NCBI GenBank assembly: GCA_045837725.1
Contig: JBEWZL010000260.1
Span: 372,001 to 436,000, forward strand
Reading direction: 5' to 3'
DNA from: Vermamoeba vermiformis
Taxonomy: Eukaryota
Length of the DNA: 64,000 nt
The translations under genes and the position numbers were made by a program. Every line of letters starts with the position of its first letter. The first letter of the stretch is position 1. A model generated the notes under the pieces. The model saw only the letters and a program-made list of their open reading frames with translations. It searched no databases and had not been told where the DNA came from. Positions 24,438 to 35,582 of this stretch are shown here, in pieces.

Positions 24438-26685
24438 TTAAGGAGTTGTAGTATTGGTAAACATGTCCCAATAAAACGATCCGTCATTGGGTGCCGCATA
24501 CGATGTGACATTAAGCAAGTGGGCGAGAATATTGTACACGTCAACGGACTGGATCTGGCTGTACGTCGCATTTGACAGGAATGGTTCACCTTTGCCAATG
24601 AATATGCCGTTCATTTCTGTGTACTTAGGGTCGAAGCCATGATCACCACCGTTGAATTTAAACCAATTAGCTCTGAAATACGATCGAGTGGTGATTGTCC
24701 AACCCAGATCCGCGACGACTTCACAACGCTTAGTTAAACTCAAAATAACTTATACTCAATACATACCAACAATAGGTGCCACTCTTGAGCTATTCGAGTA
24801 GTTCCATTCAACAGGAAGTTCTTCTCTTCTGTAGGCCTTAGCGTTCGAGAGGCTAATTCGAAGTTAAAAAATGACACGTGTCAAACAAAGGTTCAAGTGA
24901 CTTACTTGGACAGGCTGGTCATGATACTATCTAACATATTCATATCTTTAGGCCACATTTGCACTACAGGTGACCAGCGCAACACGTTGACATCAGTGAG
25001 GTTGACGTAGTCTTCAATAAAAACGACACGTGACTCGCTCATTTGAGCCATGCCGTGGTCACTAACCACGACCAACTTGAACTTCATTAACGCAGTTGTG
25101 CGAACTGCAATGGCGCTCATTAATTTACCCAACGCGTCATCTGCGTAGTTTGTAATCGCGCTCTAACGTGTCAAAATGTCATTACAAAATCATGCGTGAA
25201 ATATTGCACGCGTCATACCGCCATGTCAACTGAATCAGGACCATAGATGTGTCCTGCAGTGTCAATGCCATCGAAATAGAGCTATGATGTTGTGTTAGAC
25301 TGGCGAGTATAATCACGTCGTATGTGTCTTACGGTCACAAACTGTGGCTTGTCATCGCTGTCGAGCCAGTCCATGGCACGCTCAATGCGCTCTGACACGG
25401 TCATTGCACCATCATACGCCATCCTTGTGCAGGTTAGATATCATAATCTTAAATAACTATGTATGAGTATTTACCAAAAATCGGGCTGTTGACCGTTGAT
25501 CGAGATCTCAGATCCGGGCCAAAATAATGTAGCACTTTTCATGTTTGCTTTTTTGACTGTATTCCAAAAAGGTTCTCCAAGCCAAAACGCGGGATTTTGA
25601 GTTGTGTAATTGCGATAGTAGAAGGTTTGATTGAGCTCTGGCGCGTAGAATGAATTATCCACGATGCCATGGTGAATTGGATACAGGCCCGTGACTAGAC
25701 AAGAACAATTAATACTATAACAATATCATATACAATATCTAATAGGCACTGTTATTATATTAAATGATGGGATTATGTCTAAATGAGTATTATAATGAAA
25801 ATTCAGTGTGATTTTATGACTGTAAAGGTGCGTGTTGGAATACGTACTCAACGAATAATGATTGGGAAAGGTCTTAGTCGGAAATACAGGCTTGATTGGG
25901 GCAGTGATAGCTTGTGACATTAATTTATCGAAGTTTGGATGCGTGTATTTTTTGCTTAAGTAGTCGTATTTGAAGCCATCGAAGGAGATCAAAATTAAAA
26001 TATCTCTGCTGTTAAATTGAATAAAAGATTAATTATTGTAAATAAAGGATTACTATTTGTATAAATATAATATTATCCGAATAATTAAATTGCACTGGTT
26101 GATGAAATTAGAATTTTCTGCAGATCTTCGGATCTGAAAGTTGAAGGGTTGTACATTATTGATTAAATCATCATAATTATTTGAGCATTAATTATTATTA
26201 TTTGTTGCATACCTTGTTGATGATTGAGGATTGTTTCTGATAATCGATGGGATGGTGACGGCCAAAAATACCGTCAATATAACAGCCACAACTAATCCAC
26301 CACCAACTCCTACAAATAAATAACGATGCCTTTTCTATGGTTGGTAAATAAGGAGTTAGTACGGATCTGGCGCAAAATTTCAAAAATAAATTCGAAAAAA
26401 TTTAAATTAATAATTAATCAGCGGAAACGAAGGCACATAATTGGTATTATTTTGAAGCTATTAAATTAATTTACCTTTCGGCAGATCCGCTCACCACAGG
26501 TTGTTTTATGTTTCTCATCTGTATCAATCTCCCATTCATTATTCTCCTCGTCTTCTTCAAGCAGAGCATTATCTTGACTGTCTCGTTGACTATCTCTGTC
26601 GCTACGAGAGGACCTCTCCTAATGGCGGATTAGTCCAGCTCTACTCAAACTTGCCAAATCCACAATTAAATGCTCAACTTACCAT
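24438..26685 (-). CDS. ENPP: Ectonucleotide pyrophosphatase/phosphodiesterase (type II membrane, alkaline-phosphatase superfamily)
   Basis: ILISFDGF, catalytic PTKTFPNHYS, DTAGHIYGP, VVSDHGM and GDHGFD motifs. N-terminal TM YLFVGVGGGLVVAVILTVFLAV. The ATG is isolated in the first coding exon (26683-26685). Confidence 0.9.
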
Positions 26686-26911
26686 TTTATTATATTATTT
26701 GCAACCTGTTGTGGAGAGCGTATTATTTTGATAATTAAAATGGGTAATTTCCTTCCAGCTTTTTTTTTTTTTTTTTGCACACCGAGCACACGCTCGTTAG
26801 GGTTCACACAAAACGACAGAACTGCAATATCGAGAAGAGGCGAACCAATAAAAAGATCGATTTTTTAAAAGGCACTATTCTACATAAGCACTCGCCTTGG
26901 CGACTGTAGCT

Positions 26912-27915
26912 TCACATCATGGCACACTCTCGGTCTCGGATCTGTCCAGTCAGCCTTTTCATCTTGACAGAGGCAGCGAGCGCCGTTTCAAACACTTCTT
27001 TAACACCACTTTGCGTCAATGAAGAGCTACGTGCTAATTAGTTATGACTATTACAATAGGAACGACGACACTGCACTTACCACTCAAGGTAGGCAACGGC
27101 GCCTAATTTATGGGCTAACTCCGTGCCTTCTTGCCTGCTCACGAGTGTTTGTTCGCGCTCTTTCGAGGGGTTCACCAGGGTTTCGTCTTGTCGCAGATCT
27201 TGCTTGGTACCTACAATAATGAACGGCACGTTCCAATACTTCTTAAGATCAGGCACCCACTATAATGATGTAATATTAATATGCGAATGCATAGGAATTA
27301 ATAATAATTATTACCCGGTTTTCCACATCCGCAAAACTCTTTCGGTTGATTATTGAGAAGCATACTATGAATACATCTAACGAGTAATTTAGCATTATTT
27401 AAATACTTTTTGCTTTGTTATATACGTGCCTGTGTCAGTGTAAAAGAGCCGACGATACCGATCCACACCTTAATCGAAAATTTCAGATTAAACAGTTCGA
27501 AGAAATGTAAAAGTTGGTATTTAATACTTACCATCGTCATCTCCTCCGAATGTATCCCACAAAGTGAGATGTATTGGCTTATTGGCGAAAGTTACCTGGT
27601 TTCGTTAATTAATCTAATTACTATTATTTTTGAATTTTATTACTTACATCTTTAACCTCGTACCCTTCTGTGCCCTTTAAAATGGGTCAGTTTATCGAAA
27701 TTGAATTTAAAAAATTAAAAATTCACTGAATAACTTACCGATTGAATAGGGTCACGTGGAAAGGCACCATCTTTATAAGTGAAGATCAAACACGTCTAAA
27801 TATAATAATATTATTAAATCCTCGTCGGGAGCTCGCGAGATCTAAATGTAATTTGGGTATTTACCTTGCCTACTGCTCTATTTCCGAGCAGAGTAAATTT
27901 TACAGCTTGTAGCAT
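26912..27915 (-). CDS. Atypical Rho-family small GTPase with CAAX box (not in ORF track)
   Basis: Eight small exons give MLQAVKFTLLGNRAVGKT|CLIFTY.., LTLWDTFGG, FYTDT|DVFIVCFSI, PFIIVGTKQDLR, AYLEC|SSLTQSGVKEVFE, and end RECAMM*. Confidence 0.85.
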
Positions 27916-28493
27916 TGTGTTCTACTGCTTAACGTAAAAGGTTTTTAAATTTGGACAGTAAAAAGTAGTGGTCTTTCAAAGACATTGCCATTCCATTGAA
28001 TGTCCGAACAGCCGTTGCAACGTCTCACTTTTCTTAAGGATTATCATCGACAGCGAGCTTGTACCAGTCCACACGTCGTTGACTGGTCCACTTTTTCAGG
28101 CTCGATCAGGCTCGTTAATTTTGAGGTACCAGGGTGGAGCGGACTGGTACAAGTATTGTTACGGCTCGTAAGCGATCGGTAGTGATACTATATTGTGCAA
28201 ATATTAGATAATTTGTGAGCTCAATTGTACAACTTTAGACCATGTCATTTTGTCAAATGTTTAGATCCAAAAATTGCCTATTCTTTTTGCCGACGAGACA
28301 AGTCGAGAGCTACCATTTCAATTTATGCGTAGAGCTGATAGGAATGCGCTTTGTCGGCGCGTGAGACCGGGGCTTTATCGCCAAGGAGCGCACCTGGAGG
28401 AAATACGGGAGTGGTTCACCGAACACTGACCGAACAAAAAAGCAAGTAGGACACTTGTTGTAATCAATTGATACCGATAATAAAGTGGCAACA

Positions 28494-29633
28494 ATGACTG
28501 ACACAACATTCGACGACAAAACATTCGACGAATATTCTATATTAAATATAAAGCAGCTAGATGCGATCGATGCATTTGTCGCAAATAGGGATGCAACCAA
28601 AGAGGACGAGCTTAAAAATAATTTGATAGATGCCACTATTCGATTATATGAGTTCGAGAATCAACAAAAGGCTAAGAGAAAGGTAATAACATAATTCCGA
28701 AAATATTGAAATTCGAAATCCAATTATTAATATTCGTTCATTATTTAGTCCTCTCGAAGGCTAAAAATTTTAGAAAAAGCAGTAAGCGAACATTGGAACG
28801 GTACTAAAGTAAATGAACCCGACTGTCGAGTTACCCAAAAACAAAAACAGCGAATCCAACGCAACTTGGACAAATATATCAAGTTTAAGCAAGCTTTACG
28901 AGGTTCTAATACTGGGGAACAAGGTGATAGTAATTACTGATAATCAAGGTTGGTGTTGAATTCACTTCCTCCCCTGCTTGTGCAGCGGTTACAGCGCTCC
29001 GCCTCGGGAAACTGCAACATCGCTAATTATCCGGCTAACTATCCGTGTCCGTGCCATAACAGCGATGGTCCAGGCGGTGCCATTCGTGGCACTGGCAAAC
29101 CAGCGCAAGCGAATCCAGATGTCAACTTGTTTGTTGATGAACTGGTTGTTGGCGGCCTTGGAAATCCTGTGTCAGTAGCGTTTACGGATAACATTCGAAA
29201 GGCGTTTATAGGAAACAAAGACGGTCAGATCTACTGGCTCGACTTGCAAACCAAAGAAAAACGCCTTTGGCTGAAATTCAAAATGCAGGTACCGAATATG
29301 ACAGAATTTTAGCGAATAATACTAACGGTTATTGTAGGAGACAAAGGACTAATTGGCTTGACGACCGCGCCAAATTTCGCAGCGAATCCTTATGTTTTCG
29401 CTACTTACATTGTAGATCCGATTTACGGACCTCCTGATGAACCTCCAACGCAACCTACATACCAAAGATTAATAAGACTAACAGGTACGATTTGACTACT
29501 ATAATGTTTGCAAACCGCTAAACGACTAAAAATAGATAACAACGGCGCTACCAACATCAATACGCGAATAATTCTGATGGGAAATACTGCAGCATACTCA
29601 TTCCTACCTATTGTATTAGGTTATAGCTTCTAG
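28494..29633 (+). pseudogene. Truncated/degraded PQQ-dependent glucose/sorbosone dehydrogenase (GSDH)-like beta-propeller fragment
   Basis: LVVGGLGNPVSVAF..FIGNKDGQIY and GDKGLIGLTTAPNFAANPYVFATY resemble the first GSDH blades. Splice phases disagree across the ~29289-29337 intron, and a stop at 29631 precedes the rest of the propeller. Confidence 0.55.
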
Positions 29634-30390
29634 ATATGGCCATTGATATTTACTAACGTACCATGAGAAATCGCAGTGCGATGGACATAACGCGATGATG
29701 GATTAACGTATTGTCGAGAAGATACAATTCTACCATAAAAGGCTAAAGATATTAGAGACCAAGAGATATCGCGAGGTTGGGAAAACAAAGGTGTTTTTGG
29801 TGTTGTGTTATCCACGAAATATCATGCTCGCATTGTAATGTTAGGACCTTAAATAAAATTGATAAAATGAGATTTAATCGTAAATTGAATAAAATAAATA
29901 CAAAGCAGAACTGTTAATTGTAATAACTTTCAAATAACAACTAGAAGCAGTTTGAACTTACGCAATGAACTCGATCAATATTTCCGCCACCAAAGCAGTA
30001 ACCAAGACTACTATGTTCTGGATGCATCCTGAGGCTACTCGAGTACGCAAAGGCACTCCTAAAGCTCCTGAAAACGTTCAGAAGTACTGGAACTATCAAT
30101 CCAGAACTGGATCGAACACTGGTAAATGAAGCCACATAATGACTTCGAAGTCGCTAGTGTCTGTTTAGCAGCGCATTTTGTACATTTTAATCACCTTCAT
30201 GTAATAAATAAACAAAATCTTAAAATCAGCATTTGTTGATCAGATCGCACCTAAATTTAGCAACTTCTTACTTTGTTAATAAAAACTGATTCTTTATGGC
30301 TTTGGTATTATTGACAAGGCACTATGAACATATTTAACAACCAGCTAAGATACGTACATCAAAAGGGCATGGCTCAAACTTGGATCTGTT

Positions 30391-33343
30391 CTATTTGTTG
30401 TAAGGCACTAGCGCACCAAAGCTCTGGCCCACGGAGATATTTACAGGAGTAGGAACGCTAATTTTCAGCCCACCACTCTTGGCGACCACTTTCTTGATTG
30501 CTGTCACGAGCACATCTACCTCTTCCAGCTTGACCTCGTAGACAAGCTCATCGTGCAGCTGAACTAATAAACGCGCATCTATCTTGTCAGCGTATATGAT
30601 ATCATCCAAGTCAATCATGGTCCGCTTCGCCTGGAACGGAAAAATCAGTAGATGTGACACCGCGTGACACGATCAGTAAACTTACCAAATCAGCGGCAGT
30701 GCCTTGAATGACTGTATTCACGCATTGTCTCTCTTGCTTGGAGGCCAGAGTTGAGTTCGAACGGTCGTTAATCTTGTCAAATAAGCGTCGCCTAGTAACA
30801 GGAGGGTTAGATCCGAGCACGCAGACGAATTTGCTCTACTTGCCTATTTGTCAAGGTTTTCACCGAACCATTCTTCTTGCAATTATTTACAGATTGGCGC
30901 ACGAAGTTTTGAACAGCTGAGAACCGCTGGAGGAAGTCGTGGATCAACTTTTGTGCCTGCTGTGTTGGAATCTTCAACTTTTGTCCGAGACCTGACGCGC
31001 CTATGGTAACAATAATAAGCCATTAGCCTATACTACCAATACTACGTACCCATGCCATATATGATTCCGTAGCCTATTTCTTTGGCCTGTTCGCGTTCAG
31101 CATCGGACACGTGTGCCGGAGATTTGCCGAGCCAAATGGACGCTACAGCCTTATGAATATCTTCACCAGCGACAATCATCTTGTTAAGAGCGGGGTCACC
31201 ACATAGGTGCGCAAGAATTCTCATCTCTACAAGAACGGTAAATATCGTGGTCACGCGCTCAAGCGTTACACTTACCAATCTGACTGTAGTCCACTGACAG
31301 GAGCGTATAGCCCTCTCGCGAGATAAACGCGTTTCTCACATTGATCATACGCGCAGGCTTGTCACCGTCAACAATGGCATAGTCTTCTTTAGGCAAGTTT
31401 TGCAAGTTCTAATCATCAGTTAGTACTGTAAGAAGAGAAGGAAGGGAGGAGTAACTTACCGGTTCGGAGGAGGCCAAGCGACCAGTGGCTGTGAGTTGGT
31501 CCCAATGCGCTTTGATTTTGAAAGTCTTATCGTGCTCGTCAAACACAGCTTTCTTTTCCAGTGATTCAATGAAGGTCGACAACAGCTTGGTCCAGTGTCG
31601 GTATTCTAAGATGAGGCCCGGCAGTACGTGTTTGTCTTTGAGTTGCATCAACACAGATTCAGCGGTGCTCTCGTGATTCTTTTTGCTTTTCTTCGACGCA
31701 TCGTTGGCATTTTCTTCAGGCGCCAATTGCAGCTTCTGAAAGAGGATCTCAGCTAATTTCTTAGGACTAGACAACGGCACTTCATAGCCGACGCTGTTAC
31801 GTGCGTCTGTTTTGATCTTCTCGATTCGCGCCTGCTCGTGGCATTAGCATCCGTACAGCACAGAACAATGACTTACGTTAATCTCTGCCTTGTGATTGCT
31901 AAGAGCGTCTCGATTGTATAATATACCCACAGTTTCAATGCCTGTCAATAATGAATAATTAAAAAGAGCTTCGCAATGACACGTGCACTTACGTGCAAGT
32001 AGCGGAGCGACACGCATCTCTTGATCTTTGAAGACTTGATAGCACTCCAACTGGTTCAGATGCGCAGTTAGCCGAGACATTAATTTGAAATTGATAATCA
32101 AGTCTTCAAGGAACACTTTGCCAATGGTTGCGGGCGTCGGGTTGCGCTGCTGAAGGAACTTTTCAATGTTTTCTTTAGCTGATTCTTGTGTCGCAAAGAG
32201 CACGCGCAGCACGTGCTCGAATTCGAAAGACTCCATGTCAGGGTTATAGAGCCACGCTGCGATCATCGGGTCTAATAGGTGTTTTGCGTGGACTAAGGAG
32301 ATCGGTTAGAGTCTGGATCATTACAAAGAGCTTAACTTACACTCTAAGCCACATTGATACAAGATCTTGAGACACTCTTTGACGTTGTAGCATAGCTTGG
32401 GTACGTGCGAGGAAAAGAATTCCACTAAAAAGTCTTCAACGTCACGCTTGGAAACGTCCGTCGAGTCAACTCTGGGGTACGGCAAGAAATAGGGCTTGGT
32501 GGATTTGGACGATAAGAACCCTATACCTATTAATAGTTTCGAGTAATCACCGCCATAAGCTTCACATTTGGTTTTCTAGAAAAACGAAGTAAGTTGGCGA
32601 ATCGGGAGCACGTGTTTTACTTACGAAATAAAGGCTCTTTTGAAAGTTAGTTGAATGGCACTCGAGCAGCATGCCAACGCCGATGGAGTCTTCGCGGCAC
32701 CGCATTAGTTCTTTGAACCAATCAAATACCATGCGAGATTGCAGAACGTTAATGAAGCCTGGCGGGCAGATCGCGTGCTCCTCCTTGTTTTCTAACTTTG
32801 GAGATTTGCTGGGAGATCTAGCATTGCCTTCGTTGGTCCCTTGGTTTGCCGTTTTTTCTTCTTTTGTGCTTTCGTTTGTATTGTTCGTGCGGATGGGATC
32901 TTTTTGTGGGCTCGTCTGTTTTTTCTGCTTAAAAGATTTAACGTTGGAGGAGCTAGTTTCTGTAGTCTTGTCTTCGAATGTAACATTCTTCTTTGCTTGC
33001 TTGCGCTTGGGCTCTTCAGGCATTTTAAAATTGGGATCATTTGATTTTACTTCTTCAACGTGCAATGAGGGTATTCCTTTTTTCTGAAGAGTTTTGAATT
33101 TCTTAGCTGGGCTTTCTTTACTCGCCAGAGACTCTTTTTCCTTGATCCAATCGTCTAAATGCTTTTTTATTACTTTTTGGCCTGTGGGGCGAGCTGATAT
33201 TTCTAACGATTATATCATAATTAATACGTATTATTTTCATAATTAAAATATTATTTACCAGCCGAATTGAGCAGATCAAGCGGAGATTCGTTCGAGTCCA
33301 TACTAAAAGAGCTCAAAGACCCGTCATCAATCTCCATTGCCAT
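30391..33343 (-). CDS. Family A DNA polymerase, Pol nu/Pol theta-like polymerase domain without helicase
   Basis: TATGRLASSEPNLQNLP, motif A LLSVDYSQIEMRILAH, motif B REQAKEIGYGIIYGMG, RQCVNTVIQGTAADL, motif C LVQLHDELVYEV, and DPMIAAWL. Confidence 0.9.
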
Positions 33344-33470
33344 TTTGGTCTTGTAAATTGGCAATGCTTTGTGCTATAAGTAACTTGCTGGTAAAAAATT
33401 GTGACATGTTGTTCTGTTAAATAAAAATACGAAAAAGGCTTCGAAGAAAAGCGATCCATTTAACAAAATG

Positions 33471-33479
33471 GGCGGGAAA
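33471..33479 (-). promoter_or_regulatory. E2F-type site TTTCCCGCC ~130 bp upstream of the DNA polymerase start
   Basis: The plus strand reads GGCGGGAAA in the short AT-rich spacer upstream of a replication/repair gene. Confidence 0.4.
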
Positions 33480-33514
33480 TCTTTTATGTACATATCCAAG
33501 CGGGGTTTACAGTC

Positions 33515-34738
33515 TTAATCGGTCTTCAAGCCAGCAAAGATGTCAATGAGTTGTTTTGAGTCCTGTGGTTTCGCATCTGCTGCGGGAGTCTTCTCCCACA
33601 CCATTTCGAACGTCTTGCTGAAGGACTCTTTGCGGTCCAATGCTGCAACGCACACACGAGCAACATCAGCACGAGATACCATACCACCAAGCTTGTCTCT
33701 GAAGCACAACGAGTTAGTACCTCACGTGTCATTCGGTCAAGGATGCGCTTGTAGAATACTGTCTTTGTACGCTATATTTGGACTTACCCTTGATCAATAG
33801 TCAAAGGCTTCTCATTGGCGGCAGTGTCATTGAGACCTCCAGGACGAACGATGGTGTAGTTCAAACCACTCTTGCGCAGGTAGTTCTCGCCTAGACGCGT
33901 CAATCATTAAAGCTATGCAACATACTAAAGATATCTAATTATACGTACCTTCCCATTTCCAAGTCAATATACGGCCTCCCATGACGTTCAAGAGGATATG
34001 GAATGGGTGCCACGAGCGTGTAATGAGAGCAGATGACACGAGCAAGAAATGGTTGTCTTTGCCTGCCGTCTTCTTGAACGCGTCCACCGTGTGCTTGACT
34101 CCCAGGTTATCGACATTGTAAGGTGCTGACGCTCTGTGGCACGAACAAAAATGTTAGCAAACAGCGGACATAACACTTCGAGTTCAATATACCTGTTCTT
34201 TACTCCAAACAAAGAGAAGCCACCAGCAGCAAATACAACTTGATTGGCACCTTTGAGAGCCTTCTCCATACTCTATTAAGTTAGTTAGTCCGGTTGCAAA
34301 ACCCGCGAATTCGTTCACTGAAAATTTAGGCAAGCGACGCGCTTGGGTCTGCCATCTAGCTGGAGTTGGTCGATAATAATCACGTTATAAAAATTACCTC
34401 CTCGCTGGCAATGTCACCGCTGACAACTTCAAGGTTCTTATTTTCTCTCTTTAACGAGTCTAATTTTGCAGGATCACGAACAACTGCGCGAACTTGTTTT
34501 CCACTCGCTAATAATTGTTTGACGACCTCCCTATTATTTATCGAATTAATTATGACGGAATATTTGGAAATTTTGGTAAAATTGCTTACAGCCCCGTTCT
34601 TCCTGTGGCTCCAATTACAACAACCTGAATGAAGAATATTACTATAGATTAATTACAATAAAAATACGTAAATTCTAACAAATAGCAACAGTTGCGCACT
34701 GTTGAACGGCAACTTACCGGACTTGAATTACTTTCCAT
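33515..34738 (-). CDS. NAD(P)-binding Rossmann-fold protein (atypical SDR, NAD_binding_10/TIC62-like)
   Basis: VVVIGATGRTG, VRAVVRDP, GENYLRKSGLNYTIVRPGGL and VSRADVARVCVAAL. Confidence 0.88.
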
Positions 34739-35582
34739 AATTATGTTGTAAAACGTGTTATTATATTGTCAAAAGTGGTTGGTATTGCAATAACGCGCTG
34801 AGAAATAAATATCCGATGTCGCGCGACAAATTTTCTCTCGCGAGTAAATTTTGACCGGCTTAGTTCACTTCAGTAGTGTCTTCGGACTTGTTGGCGACTA
34901 ACCACGTCCATTCGATCATATTTGCGCATGTCAACATCATGCATTAGAACTCCTTCTCACAGAACTTCGAGTTGACGTCACTAGATCTGTCAATAATGTG
35001 AGTGCTCTTCAATCAATACTATTAATTTAATATTATTATAATAATAATTTAATATAATTATTTATATAATGTAACGCCAAAATTGGAAAGTTGCTACAAC
35101 GCTTAACCAAAGATTCTTGGATGTCCAGCGAAAAATAGTATTCAATTAATATCGGACATAATTACGTAAAAGTTCAAATATTATTACCAAATTAAAAATA
35201 TTTTCGCTGGTTAAATTTCAGCAGATAGATCTGGTACGCTTACGTGCATTACTGCTTACAAACAAACGTCGCTACCATAGTATCCGTATAGTTAACCTTA
35301 ATACATACAATAAGGCGTCAAACTATCATTGATTTTTATGTCGGTTTACTAATAGAGCGTGGAAAACTCCATCGCTTTGTCAATAAATAATTATAATAAA
35401 CCCTATACTTGCGTTAGTCAATTTAAATAACTTGCAATCCATTTATATTATGATGAGCGATCTCAAATTTGATAAAGAATAATATGTCGATTGGGTTTAT
35501 TCGGGTCCCAATGTGAGTCACTGAGGACGAGTCGTCCTATTTCTTTTAATCATGCATTTTCGCAACCAGCTGAAGACCATAG

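Noticed and set aside
35020-35070. Pure A/T quasi-palindromic stretch
   Set aside because: Low-complexity intergenic DNA; self-complementarity is expected by chance.
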